This document shows, piece after piece, positions 1 to 11,900 of a stretch of DNA of 64,000 nucleotides. A model generated the notes under the pieces. It was not told where the DNA came from. It did no database searches and was given only the letters and a program-made list of their open reading frames with translations. The stretch lies in the NCBI GenBank assembly GCA_001643675.2, contig LSRY02000007.1, positions 806,001 to 870,000 on the forward strand. The letters run 5' to 3'. The stretch's first letter is position 1, and each line of letters starts with the position of its first letter. The stretch is from Monocercomonoides exilis PA203. Taxonomy: Eukaryota; Protista; Preaxostyla. The translations under genes and the position numbers were made by a program.

Positions 1-912
1 TGATTCACAATTTGCTCTCTTTCGGTCTAACATTCTTCTAAACCAGTTGTGAATCAACAATCCATTCATAGCTCGAATTTTTTCATTTTGAATTTGTCTC
101 AATTTCAGTTCTTCCAGAGCTTTTATTCGTCTGAGTTTTTCTTCCCATTCATCGCTCAACAATTTTGCCGACTTCATTCTTCTTTCTTTTTCTTCATTTT
201 CTCTATTTGTTCTAACTCTTTCATCTTCTGTTGATTTCTTCTCTCCATCAATTGAATCTATCGAAAGCATATTCTCCTTTTTTACAAGATCAATAGCGTC
301 CATGATTTCTTCTTCTGAAACATCAATTGTTTCTCTTGCATGTTCAAGGTCTATTTTGAATTTAATGCGATCGCTTGAGTAATCACTTATACGTCTCGCA
401 AGAACTAAAATTAGATCAACAAATCTCACCGGAAATGTCTCGTTAACAACGTCTGCTGGTATGTAAACATAAGGATCCATATGATAAGCTTTTTTAACCG
501 CTTCGTTAAAATATACAAAATTTTCCTGATAATTTTCATCTCAACAAAAAAATGGAAATAATAAAAATGAAAACTCTTTCATGAGCTGAGTGGCGCGGCT
601 TTTCATTAAATCTGTGGTTAATAATAATGTTCACTGAATTACCAAAAAAATGATGCAAGCCTTGGAAGAGAATCTGGAGATGCTTTTTGCACAATTCTGC
701 AAAGTGACACTCCATCATGCAATGCTTTCTTTTTCACAATTAATATTAATTAAAAAAAAATAATAATAACTCAAAAAATTCTGTTTTCTTACATTTAATG
801 ATTCATTTCCCAATGATGTTCCTAGAATTTGCTCAACCCAATTTCTTGCAGCAAGTTGTCTTGTCAAAAATTCTAATGCCAAAAATTTCTTTCTTTTCAA
901 AGAAGTTGAACC
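1..912 (-). CDS. Calponin-homology (CH) domain protein with downstream coiled-coil; multi-exon, continues off the window start, first exon not resolved
   Basis: Splicing introns 729-792 (GTAAGA..AG), 612-660 (GCTTGC..AG) and 526-574 (GTTTTC..AG) gives ARNWVEQILGTSLGNESLNKALHDGVSLCRIVQKASPDSLPRFNEKPRHSAHERENFVYFNEAVKKAYHMDPYVYIPADVVNETFPVRFVDLILVLARR. This carries the CH hallmarks (W..., L.DGV.LC, EN...F..A) and is followed by an E/K/R-rich helix open to position 1. Confidence 0.75.
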
Positions 913-1147
913 TTAAAATGTTAGATAAAACAAAGTAGACATTCACGTATATGGCTTACACTGGATATCAAACTTTCTATCATCAGTAATAATTACTTCA
1001 AAATATTAAAATAAATATTTATATTTTATGTTTTTTATTATAAGCTTGGATCACTTTCAAATATAAAAAGCACTTGATATATCATTGCAGTGAAGATTGA
1101 AATAAGAAATAAACATTTTTTCTGAAGAATATTTTCAAAAATAAGTT

Positions 1148-1574
1148 CAGTGAAGCTCGATCATAATCACATCGGTTGTAATCAAGAACGCGAATAATCA
1201 CATTTTTTGTGCACTTAAAAATTTTGTATTATTTTATGTGTAATTTCATCATCTATAATCACACAAAAATTGTGAATAATCACAAATTTTGAAATTTTAT
1301 GGGTATTTTTCTGTCTGTTTTGATATTTTTGAAAAATTGAAAGTTGTTTTTTCTGCTTTGTAATGAATAAAAATTTTCAATAAAACATTGCAAATTGAAA
1401 AATCGAAACAAATATGTGCATTTAAATAAATATAGAAAAAATAAAAATTTTCATCAAAAAATAATTATTTCTGAAAAATTTTTCAATGAAAAAACAGTTT
1501 CTGTGATAACCAAGTTCGGTTATAATCACAAAAAATCGTGCAAAATGGACTGTGATTATAACCGAGCTTGACTG
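1148..1574. mobile_element. Tc1/mariner/pogo-like MITE (family A), older copy
   Basis: Left end CAGTGAAGCTCGATCATAATCACA versus reverse complement of right end CAGTCAAGCTCGGTTATAATCACA; internal TAATCACA repeats; same architecture as 13024-13474; TA TSD decayed. Confidence 0.75.
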
Positions 1575-1794
1575 CAAATGATATGTGGAGTTATTCGTTA
1601 AATAAATATGGGATGAAATTTCAGGTTTTGTGAAACAAACTAAGATTTGTTCCAAACTTTTTCTGAAATTATATCATAATAAGTCTTATATTCCCTTGCA
1701 AAAAATACTGAAAATTATAAAAATAGAGAAAATTTTACGAAAATTTTGTGTGGAACGATATTCATAAAGCAAAATTTTTCGTCCCATGTGGCAT

Positions 1795-2259
1795 GGTCGA
1801 TCTTTTTTTAAATCATTCTTTCGTTCAAGTTTTGATCAAAATTATTATCTCAATGGGATTTTAAAAAAATGGGTGATTATTTTTGAAATCATAATATTTC
1901 ATTCAAAAATTTCGACAAGAAAATTTCACTTCAATATTCACAAAAGAATAGTGAAATGTTAAAAGGCTTCTGATAGATATTTTCTTCTTTATTTCAGCTT
2001 CAACATTTGTTTTTGAAATAGTTTTAATGAAGTTAATCATTAAAATACAAAATCTATATACAATGACAAATAAACTTTGAAAAACCAACACCCCGAAAAA
2101 AGATATGATTTCAAAAATAATTACCCAAATGAACATCAGCTGTTAAAACATTTTGTTCATAATGTTGCTATTGCAAAAACAATTTTTAATTCAAATTTCA
2201 TTGAGATAAAAATTTTGATCAAAACTCTAACGATTGAATGATTTCAAAAAGGATCAGCC
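1795..2259. mobile_element. MITE with ~65-bp TIRs (GG(C/T)(T/C)GATC(C/T)TTTTT.AAATCATT...), host of a nested element
   Basis: 1795-1860 is an imperfect inverted repeat of 2195-2259; 4-bp flanks GCAT/GCAC; a related end occurs at 51920-52035. Confidence 0.7.
1871..2126. mobile_element. MITE family B (GGGTGATTATTTTTGAAATCATA TIR, 4-bp AWAT TSD), nested in 1795-2259
   Basis: AAAT|GGGTGATTATTTTTGAAATCATA ... TATGATTTCAAAAATAATTACCC|AAAT; the non-palindromic direct repeat AAAT indicates a true TSD; interior resembles 13970-14228 in opposite orientation. Confidence 0.85.
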
Positions 2260-2596
2260 GCACAATTCGTGCAATTCAAATAAACACATTTTTTTTCTAA
2301 TAATATGGGTTAATTAAAAATGAAGTTGACATGAAACAATAATTATTATAATAATAATATGAATATGAAAAATAAAGAATGATTATTCAAATACAGTCTG
2401 TCGGGAAAATGTGTAATCCATCCAAAAAAAAAAAAAGGTTGTTCATTCCATTTTACCTATTTTTTGAATTGTACAAAATACTTTGCTCTTTGTTTTTTGG
2501 TCTTGGAAAAATATAACACATACAGATTATGAGTGCAAGAGTAAAGGGAAAATAGAATAGAAGTTGCACAATCCTCAAACAACCTAGAAGAATATA

Positions 2597-2990
2597 TATA
2601 TATCGCATTAAATACCGGACATCGCACAAAATACCGGACAAGATCGATTTCACAATAACCGCAAGAGGAATAATTCCGACAATTTTCCTTCAAATATATC
2701 TTATCAATACAAACTCATTTGAAATGCAAAACTTTCAAAACTTCCTCGTTTGAACTCAGAAAAAATATATTTCGAAATCTCGGAGAAATAAGATTTTGTC
2801 TTTCTCCGATATTCCAAAAATACTATTCCGAGCATAAACGAGAAAGTAATGAAAGTCCTGTATGTCACATGAGTTTGCACTGATGAGATTTCTTTTGAGG
2901 AAAATTATCAAAATTATTCCTCTTGCAGTTATTGTGAAACTGATCTTGTCAGGTATTTTTTGCGATGTCCTGTATATCATGCGATATCTG
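2597..2990. mobile_element. Foldback (almost wholly palindromic) MITE family C, TA target
   Basis: Arms of ~190 bp are reverse complements around a short loop near 2790 (CGGAGAAA...TTTCTCCG); right end TGCGATATCTG|TA; second copy at 52613-52990. Confidence 0.85.
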
Positions 2991-4759
2991 TAATAAAAAT
3001 AGTGGGAAGGATCTCGATGGTACCAGGACCTACTCCATTTGCCCACACAAATTATTTGAGAAGTTTCATTTCCAATATTTGATGAAATAAATGAGTTTGA
3101 TAGTTCTAGAATAAATTTTCTTTTTCTTTTTTTTCTTTTATTAAATTCAAAAAAATCCAAAATTTACATCACAAATCACTTGTTAGTAACCCTGGGTGAC
3201 GTACTGACTTCTGACTTGATATTTTCGATTTTGACGGACGTGACAGTTTTTTCCACGTCACAAAGCAAAACCAACATTATTGAATTTTTATTTCATTATC
3301 ATAAATGTTTTCATAAATATTTATTTTTAAAATTGTGAAAATCAAATTTTCCATTTTGAATTTTTCTCTTACGTGATTGGCAGAATAGGAATTAAGACAC
3401 GTCATTGACTTCACTGACCTCACTGACGTCACTTCATGTTTATTATTCGAAAAACACAAAAGAAAGAGAAGAATAGCGAAACATGGTAGCCAAATCTCAA
3501 GAATGTTATCATTTCATTATTCTGAATCAAACAACCATAACATTTCATTGAATTTCGATAATTCAGTTATTTTATGAAAGAAATAAACAAATATGAAAAA
3601 AAGAAACAGAATATTCGCACAGAAGAACTATCTTATTTTGAGATAGTTTGAAGAATTCTTATTCACCATTTTCACTTTAGAATTTTTAATTATTCTATTT
3701 TCTTGTTTTGTTTTCAGTATCCTTCAATGAAAGCCACATCATCGAGGAAGAAAAAATGATATTGTTTCAAGAATCAAAATTTGAAGTTTTTGTGCGCACT
3801 TTCTGAATATTCCGGGAAATTGTTTGTGTAAAATACATGTTCTTAATATTTACTATTGCAAATGTTGTCCATATCAAAATGCAGGGGAAATAAAATTTTT
3901 GAAGTGGTGCAAAGCAATTTATTCAACTCATTCAAAAGACATTGAAATGATTTAAGAAAATGCAATAAATTCATCAAACCAATTGTATTTTTTTGCGCGG
4001 GAATTACAAAATTTCATAAATTTGAGTTCGAAATAATAACAAAAAATACTTGAAAACCTTCCTATAATGTTCTCCTGTAACAAGTTGTTCTCTTTTTTTG
4101 TGTCTTCATTCAAAATTCTATTTTTTCATATTAGCCATTCTTCTGTTCTGAATTCTTAGCTCCAACAGAAAAATTCGCAAATTCTTTTTCTATTTTTTAA
4201 GTTCAGGTTCTTATTTTAATGCAACCTTTAGCTTGGTTTCCCTCATCGATATGAATAAGAAAAATGCAAAGATTACATGAAAATTATAAAAATATAAAAA
4301 GAATACAAAACAACTGGAAAGAGAAGAGTCAAGGGAGTGGAATGGTTTTCATTATTATAAAAGAAGAATAAATATTTTTGTTTTTTTACTTCTTCGAAGA
4401 GGTGCGTTTTTCATTCATTACATTTTCATTCTCTAATTCCAGATAATTTTAAATGGAAGTTATATGAAGATGAAAGGAAGAAAATTGATCATTCATTAAG
4501 TGAATTTTTCTTTTTTCGCTGTGAATGCGAAGAAGTTGCACAACATTTTTTTGCAATTGTAAAAAGCGGATATCAATTAATCTCTTAAATGCAATTTTAA
4601 TTTTTCAATATGATGAACAAAGTGATATGAAAATTATAATTCACTAAATGAAATGCAATTCATTTGAAAACATTCACAAAACAAATAGAAATAAATTATA
4701 ATGATTCATCAATATCATTTTCTTCCAAAAGAAAATCAAATGTTACACGATAATAAACA

Positions 4760-5385
4760 ATAACATTTTCATATCATTCTTCCATCTTTTCAAACTTTTT
4801 CCTTTTTTGATGTCATTCATTTCGCTTCTTCCACTTCAACATACGACTCTCTCATCAATAAACATGCAATCGAATAAATGCATCAAGCTTTTATATTCCA
4901 GTTTGAAATCCGTTGTTGTCATCTGAATCCTCTCCAAAATTGTATCAACAGCTTCTTTATTCAACATGTACTCAATTTTGATTGACAAATTATCCTTCAT
5001 AACTAAAAATAAGCACAAGTATCGACTACCAATTTCTCTGGAATTATCCTTTGTTGCTCGAAATATTATGACAATGCTGACTATTAGTTTAATCAGTTCT
5101 TCATTCTTCAGTCCGAAACATCGAAAATATATCACGAGTGATTAAAGCCATCTCCCATTTGAAAGCACTTCTTTAACTTCTTTTTTGTTCATTTCCTCTT
5201 CGTTCTTTTTTTAATCCGCTCTTTCAATGAGCTCGTCCATTTTCTTTTGCTGTCTCTCTCACAAATTGCGGTTCATCCACAACAACTTCTTAAAAACTTT
5301 CATTCCAATATTGTTTTATCAGAAGTCTCAAGCCGACTGATTGGAAATTTGCAACAGATTGCTTCGTTCCTTATATCTTTTTGTA
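4760..5385 (-). pseudogene. Decayed C-terminal half of the lineage-specific family represented intact at 44437-45926
   Basis: Reading through stops and frameshifts gives ..SNLLQISNQSA*DF..EVVVDEPQFVRE..DELIERAD*KKNEEE..GRWL*SLVIYF..IVIIFRATKDNSREI..EAVDTILERI. This is collinear with NLTRLAYHSAWSF..RVVVNELQFFKE..LKQCVDWKKKEK..MRWICEI..VNIYRLAKDNQRAI..AVAFALEEI of the intact gene. Confidence 0.8.
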
Positions 5386-6041
5386 AGTCATTTGACTTTA
5401 TTCAAACAAAACTCTTTTTAAACTTTAATCATAAATAAGTTAAAAATTTTTTTACAGCCAAAATGTTTATAAAATAATTTTTTCAAACACAACATTTATA
5501 ATTGTACAAGAAAAGATAGCTATTTCCATTTTATTCCGTTGAACTTTGTTTTCACTTTGTTGAACACTTCCTTTCAATTTATGTTTTAAGTATTGACAAG
5601 AAAATCGAAAAAAATGATTGTGACAGTTTTAATTGCATAAAATGAACATCAATATTGTGTAAACTGCTGTTCTTTATCGTATTATCAGTCTTCTCCATTT
5701 CAATGAATGTTGCATTTTAAAAACACAACATTTTTATTATTCTATTCGAAAACAAAGAAATTCAGATAATGATAGAAATAGAATTAAAAAATCCTCAAGC
5801 AAATACAAAAACTCACATATTTATTTCGTTTTTAAAAAGAATTGGTGTGAAATATGTAACATATCTATTTTATTTTGGTAAATTTCTCATTCTGCTTTGT
5901 AATGGTATATGTTGATCAAAAGTTTAATTTTATAAAATAAGCAAAATATTTTTTCTCAAATATTTCAAATATCAAATTTATTCAAAAGAGAAACAATTTT
6001 CATCTGATTTTTTAACTGATTAATTTTTAATAAAATGATAA

Positions 6042-6045
<4 letters not shown>

Positions 6046-6131
<86 letters not shown>
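6046..6131 (+). repeat. poly(T) tract (~85 nt, one AC interruption) inside the right arm of the 3-kb element
   Basis: Direct reading. Confidence 0.95.
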
Positions 6132-6132
<1 letters not shown>

Positions 6133-6291
6133 TGGAAAATTTGTGACGGACGTGACAAATTTTTTTCTTCACGTCACCCAGGGTAACTTGTTAGATGCAC
6201 TTTACAACATTATTTAAAAAATAAATTTTTTTAAAACAATTTGCGAAAGAAAATTTTTTGAACTCATGGCCCATAAAAAATAACACTTAAC

Positions 6292-8364
6292 TTGAAACTT
6301 CATTTTTTGTTTGGAAAAGTTGATTTCAATTCACAGATGTTAAAAGCAAAGGCAAATCTTGAAAATGGCAAAGGAAAAAATTACAGTGCAGCTTTCAGCA
6401 AGCTGGATGCCATTGAAGAATTTCAGTTTTTAATTAACGGTTTTGATTGTTTTTCAATTTCAAAGAAAATTCAATTTGAATTTCGAACAATATTTCTCAA
6501 TGGACCAGAAATTATGCTGAAAGAAGGGGAAATGCTTGAGGAGCAGCTGAAAAGGCTTTATCATCTTCTCAAAATTGTTGATCCAGAAAATGATGATATT
6601 CAAGGCTTCTGTGATGATACAAACTTTATGGAAAAATTAAAAACCATTTGCGGTAAATTTCATAAGCCAATCGAACTTTTAGCAGCTCGTGTTGTTGGAC
6701 ACGTGAGCCGAATAATATGTTTTGAAAGAAATTCCTATATAGAGGAAATACCAATAGATGCTGAAATTTTTCCAGAAGAAATTGCACGTCTTGTGAAATA
6801 TATTCCTTGCTTTTTCTCGGAAGGCAATTGTCATTCAATTGAAGATGACATGGCTCATTTGGGTGAATGTGACAATGAAGACGTATGCTTATTCACAACA
6901 GCAGTTTTTCGGTACTTCACAACGAATTGTGGTATATTTTTTCTATTTGACAGATATTTTGATGATTATTATTATTTGTCCATTTTTAAAAAAGGGATGA
7001 CTCCATTATTTGGATGCGGGTATCCTGACAATATTGGGGAGTGGCTTCATGGTTTATTGTCTAACAACATTCATTCTGTTGTTTTGGATTCATTGCACAT
7101 GTTGAGAAGGTTTTTTAATTCCCACATAATTCTTGACCATGGAGAAGATGCAAAAACAAACAGTCTGCTTGCCATTGATTCGTTTGTTCCTTCCCCAAAT
7201 CCGCCAGACACCTTGCAGCATTCACATGCACAGCGGCGCAGCACACATCCTTCTGGTTGGATGCCTCCAGTATATTCGAAGGGTCCAGTATGCACTATTG
7301 CTCTGAGTGCATTGAATTGCTTGTTTGCCATCACAAGCGAATTACATGACGGATTTGTGTAATTACTGACAAGCCAAGAAAAAATTGTGGAAAAAATGAA
7401 GAGTTATTTGTTTGGCGATTGGACAGAAGAAAGCTGGAAGGAAATTTTCAGAGGGAGCAAATTTTATGATGATGATGATGAAAGAATAAATATGTTCTCT
7501 TCTGGCGGTGCGAATTTCCAGCAGATGGACAACGGATTGTATTGCGAAGAGAAAAGTGCCAAAGAAATGATATTGCACTTTCGTGAGATAGTTGTTAAAT
7601 GCTTTCGTATATGGATTTCTATTCCTATTTCGCTAGGGATCACGAAATTCATCAAAAGAGATGTGTTGGGAAGAATAGCATTCCTGCTGTGTGAAACAGC
7701 AAGCGACACGACGAGAGAAGAGGCAGAAAAAGCGCTTTCGAGTGCATGGGCGAATTTGTCATCGAATGCTCATATTGTGCCACATCTGAAAAGGATAGAC
7801 GAATATGATCTCAAACAACATGACTGCCTTCCTCAGCCGTTGCGTGAAAGTTTGACAAGGATGTTGATGGAGGTCTGTGAAGAAGAAGGAGTCATTGATA
7901 TATTGTGGGGGCATATAACTCTATTTGACTCCAAAGATCATTTAGATGCTGAAAGTGAAAAACGAATGAAAGACAGAATGAAGGCAAATTGTGATTTGAA
8001 GATGTGCCCGATTTGTGCAATGTATTCGAATACAAATATTGATCAAGAAGAAAAGGAAGAAGAAGAAGAAGAAGAAAAGGAAGAAGAAGAAGAAGAAATT
8101 AAAAAAGAAGAAGAAACAAAAGAGCAAGGAGAGAATCACAACACAGATGATGGAAAATATTTTGAAAGCCCAGAATTGACTTCTTATAAAGAATGCTCTC
8201 TGAAGCCCCTTGCTGAATGTTTGAATGCAGGAAGAATATCAAAAAACGCATATGAAAGGATGCGATATAACGCATTTAATTTCTTTTATTTTTGGACAAA
8301 AGAAGATAAATGCAGTCAAAATAGCAATGTCGAATCTGGAAATGAAGATTGCAATGAAATTTAG
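6292..8364 (+). pseudogene. Lineage-specific hypothetical protein (~680 codons) split by one in-frame TAA; probable pseudogene or sequence error
   Basis: ORFs 6292-7362 and 7387-8364 are in the same frame, separated only by TAA at 7360-7362 (HDGFV*LLTSQEKIVEKM); coding-like composition throughout; poly-Glu tract near the C-terminus. Confidence 0.6.
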
Positions 8365-8921
8365 TTGATTGAATTTATTCATATGTAAATGTATATGTGT
8401 AAATATTGAATGTGAAGAGAGAAAAAGAAAAAGAAAATGAGAGACGTTTTACCATTTTTTTGAGGTTTTAAAGATATAGGTTTTTTCTGTTTTTTTATTT
8501 TTTTATTTTTTATTTTTATTTTTATTTTTATTATTTTTTTTTGAATTTGAGATTTTCTTTGTTCAAAATATTATTATATTAAAGTTGTATAATGACTTTT
8601 GATTTTTTCAATTAAGAGAAATTTTATTTTTTCTGGACAGACAATGAGCTTTGCTGATTTACAGTTGAGATGGGAAATCAGATAATTTTTCTTTTGAAAG
8701 AATTCATTTAGATGAAATTTTTTATCTTTTTTTTGTCCTCCTTTGACAATTGCTATTCTTTTTCATGTTGAACAATCTTGGTATTTTTATATGTATTTCA
8801 TCAGAATAGCTTTATGTACTTATAAATGCTTTTCATCCCATTCATCAATAAAAAAAAATTTTTTTTGGACTTTTTGCTTTTTATTCTTTATTTTTTTTTT
8901 AAGGTTGAAGTGTATAAAAAT

Positions 8922-11900
8922 ATGGTCAAGATCAAAAAAGATTCTTTCTGGCAAAAACACAGCTTTATGTTTTTGTTTTTGAGCGCTTTGTGCTGCATCT
9001 ACGATATTAATTGCGTTGATGAGAATGGAGGGGAAGAAATGCAAACAACCAGAGAAAAGGTGGATGCGTTTTTCTCGAGAAAAGTGAACTGTGCTTCTAA
9101 AGGAATTGACTGTCTGAGTCTTAATTCTCCCGCACGTTTCTGGGAATATAAAGAAATTACAGAAAAAGCTGACGGTACCGCAGATAAGAGGAACAAAATG
9201 GATTTTGGAGACTTGGACAATTTCAGCTCGCAAAAAGACAACGAGAAAAGTTTTTCTGAAGGACATGCAAAAATTATGTATAAAGAAATGCAAAGAAACG
9301 ATGAAAGTGAAGTTAAAGTGGATGGAGAAAACGGGGTTGACAGCGAAGAATGTGGTCTTTCTGGAAATGCGCCATGCAAAACCCTAAAAAAGGCAGTGGC
9401 TCACTGCAAGCCCGAAGGGATGTTGCAGATCCGCACAGCAGAAAATTGCAATAAATTTGACACTGAGCCAATTGTTATTGATGGGCGTCTCATCAAACTT
9501 GATAACGGAGACGAAAGCATAATTCGTGTCACAACAGCTTTGGACGAAAAGAAAGTGAAAAATGGGGATGCTCTGTTTTATGTGAAAGGCAAAGGGTATT
9601 TATACATTGGCTATGCTGAAATTTGCGTGGATACAAAACGAGAAAGTGGAAGAAATCAGGGGCTAATTGTTGTGGAAGGAGAAGACTCGCAAATTGAAAT
9701 GGTCAGATCGAATATCAGCAATACAGAAGCTGGGAATGGACTGAGCTGCGTGCTTATTGAATGCAAGTCGGGGAAAATGACATTTCAATATGTTGAGATC
9801 ACAAATTTTGTATCTTCCAATGCACTGATACTTGCTGAATCTTCTCCAAAAATTGAATTTTCACACATTATATTGGACACCATCACTTCAAAAAGTGAAA
9901 CTCAATCGGTTGTGACTGTGATGGGAGGGTGTCAATCTGCAAAATTTGATGGCTGCACATTTACAAATTGCTGGTCAACAGAGCACAGATTGGGAGGTGC
10001 GTTATATTTAGAAATAACGAATAGCGAGCATCCTTGCATATTTTTTCGAATGCATTTCACGAATTGTTCGTGCGGAAAAGCAAACGAGAACGCAGATGGG
10101 CTGAATGTTCAACTGAATGATGAATCAAAAGGAGGAGCAATGTTTATTCAAGCAGCAGACGAAGCAACAAAAACACTGAAACTTACATTGAAAGAATTTA
10201 TATTCTCCAATTGTGCAGCAGAGAAAGGGGAATATATTTATTTTTCATTTCCAACAGGAAAAGAGCAGATCGACGAAGAGCAGTTTTATTTCGAGATGGA
10301 AGGGATTTACGGGAAGCAGAATTACATATTGCTTGAAGATCGGAAAGAAGGAAGAATAATTGACCTGATGGCAGACAAAGAGAATATGTTGCCATACCAT
10401 TCAGAAAACATCTATGTCGGAGGCGAAAAAGCAAGCAACGAGAAAACGTGTGGGCGAAAAGAAGAACCGTGCTCTCAGCTGAGTGGCATGGCCAAGCGTG
10501 AAACATGGAGAAATCGCATGTCATTGCATATCATTGGAAAAGTGCTTGTGAATGAGCCTTTTTCTGGCTGCCAAAGAACAGCATTTTCTTCGATGAGTGG
10601 TTCTTTATCGATGGCTTCAGCAAAAAGTGAAGAGAACAGGGGAACACTTCGAATTGGCGCAAATTTGAAGGCAGGAAAATCGATTGCAGTGCTTGGAGGC
10701 GAGAACACTTTTTTTTCGTTTAATCATGTTGACATTGAGTATCCAGACGCCATTGAAGGAGATGCGCTGAATGTGTTGTATGGAAGAAATAGTATTCGTG
10801 TTGTTGACGTTGTTTTTCGGCCTTGGTTCACCGGCTTGAAAGGTGAAAACGTGCTTGGAGGAGAAGGGCAATTGCTTCCATACAAGCTGATTGAATTTGA
10901 ACACACTTCTCAAGAATTTTCACAACTTGTCATTTACGGGAGAAACAAAAACATCACCCAAAGAAGTCAGCGTGAAAGCGATGGGACGGCTAATGGCCTC
11001 AGAGCTTTTCGGAGTGTTAAAAATGAGGAGCATTTGAATTATGGAAGTGAAGAGAACAATCTGTTGTGTTCGTGGGATTCGGGGATTGTTTTTCTGAATG
11101 ATACAGGTTCAACAGATATTAATGACAGCTTGTTCGTTGACATCAGCGATGGAGTCATATTTTCTTCTCTTGGTTCATTGAATTTGTACAACTGTAGCTT
11201 TGTTAACAACCATCCAATTGATGCAGGGTGGGAGAAATTTCCATCTTTGCGGCACAATATTCAATTCAATGAAGGAGGGCATTATTTGATTCAAGTTGAA
11301 TCGCTATCTCCAGGAAGCGATGGACTTGATGGAAAGCCGTTTGGAATGGTTACCGAAAAAGAGCCAAGTGGAACAGTTGTTGAGAACATGGATTCATATT
11401 TCTTTTCACCCGTTTTGAAGAATGTTACACTGAAAAGAGAAGAAGAAGCTGGCCAAAAGAATGAACTTCATAGCAAAAATGAAATTGAGAAAGAAATTGA
11501 AGCAGTTGTGCATGGATTGTATCTGTTTCCTTGTGGACTGACATTTGAGGCTTCGAAAAAAAGGAAAGGAGAAGAAATGAAGTGGACAAATTGCCCAGTT
11601 TCAGAATATACAAATGAGACAGAAATGAAAGTGAGGATTCCTCCGTCTTTGCTTGATGTGGATGATTACACATCAGTTGTCTGTCGCTTGACTTATCCGA
11701 GCGGAATTATTAATGGAGAAAAGAAGCATTCAATCAATGCAATTATGGTGAAGCAGAAGAAAAACGAGACAAACGAGAACAGTCCAAAGAAATTGACGAA
11801 AGCACAGCTTATTGCGATTATTGTTTCTGTGGGCGCTTTTGCTGTTGTTGCTGTTGTGGTTGTGGTTGTGACGATTGTATGTGCAGTTCGATTTAAAAAG

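Larger units (their letters stand above)
3187..6186. mobile_element. 3.0-kb non-autonomous DNA transposon with 16-bp TIRs and 8-bp TSD (hAT-like), carrying a host-gene fragment
   Basis: CTTGTTAG|TAACCCTGGGTGACGT ... ACGTCACCCAGGGTAA|CTTGTTAG (TSD 3179-3186 and 6187-6194); subterminal TGAC/GTGACGGACGTGAC repeats at both ends; no transposase ORF seen. Confidence 0.88.

Noticed and set aside
1160-1560. Regularly recurring TAATCACA motifs resembling a CRISPR or iteron array
   Set aside because: Spacing is irregular, the motif is short, and it lies inside a TIR-bounded MITE in a eukaryotic context; no cas genes.
2453-3160. ORFs similar to those at 52502-53068, suggesting a small repeated protein
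   Set aside because: The similarity comes from the palindromic foldback MITE; frames and starts are not conserved between copies.
6035-6217. Poly-Phe and poly-Lys ORFs (also 12801-12986, 14192-14512, 52502-52856, 60142-60510)
   Set aside because: Translations of homopolymer tracts.
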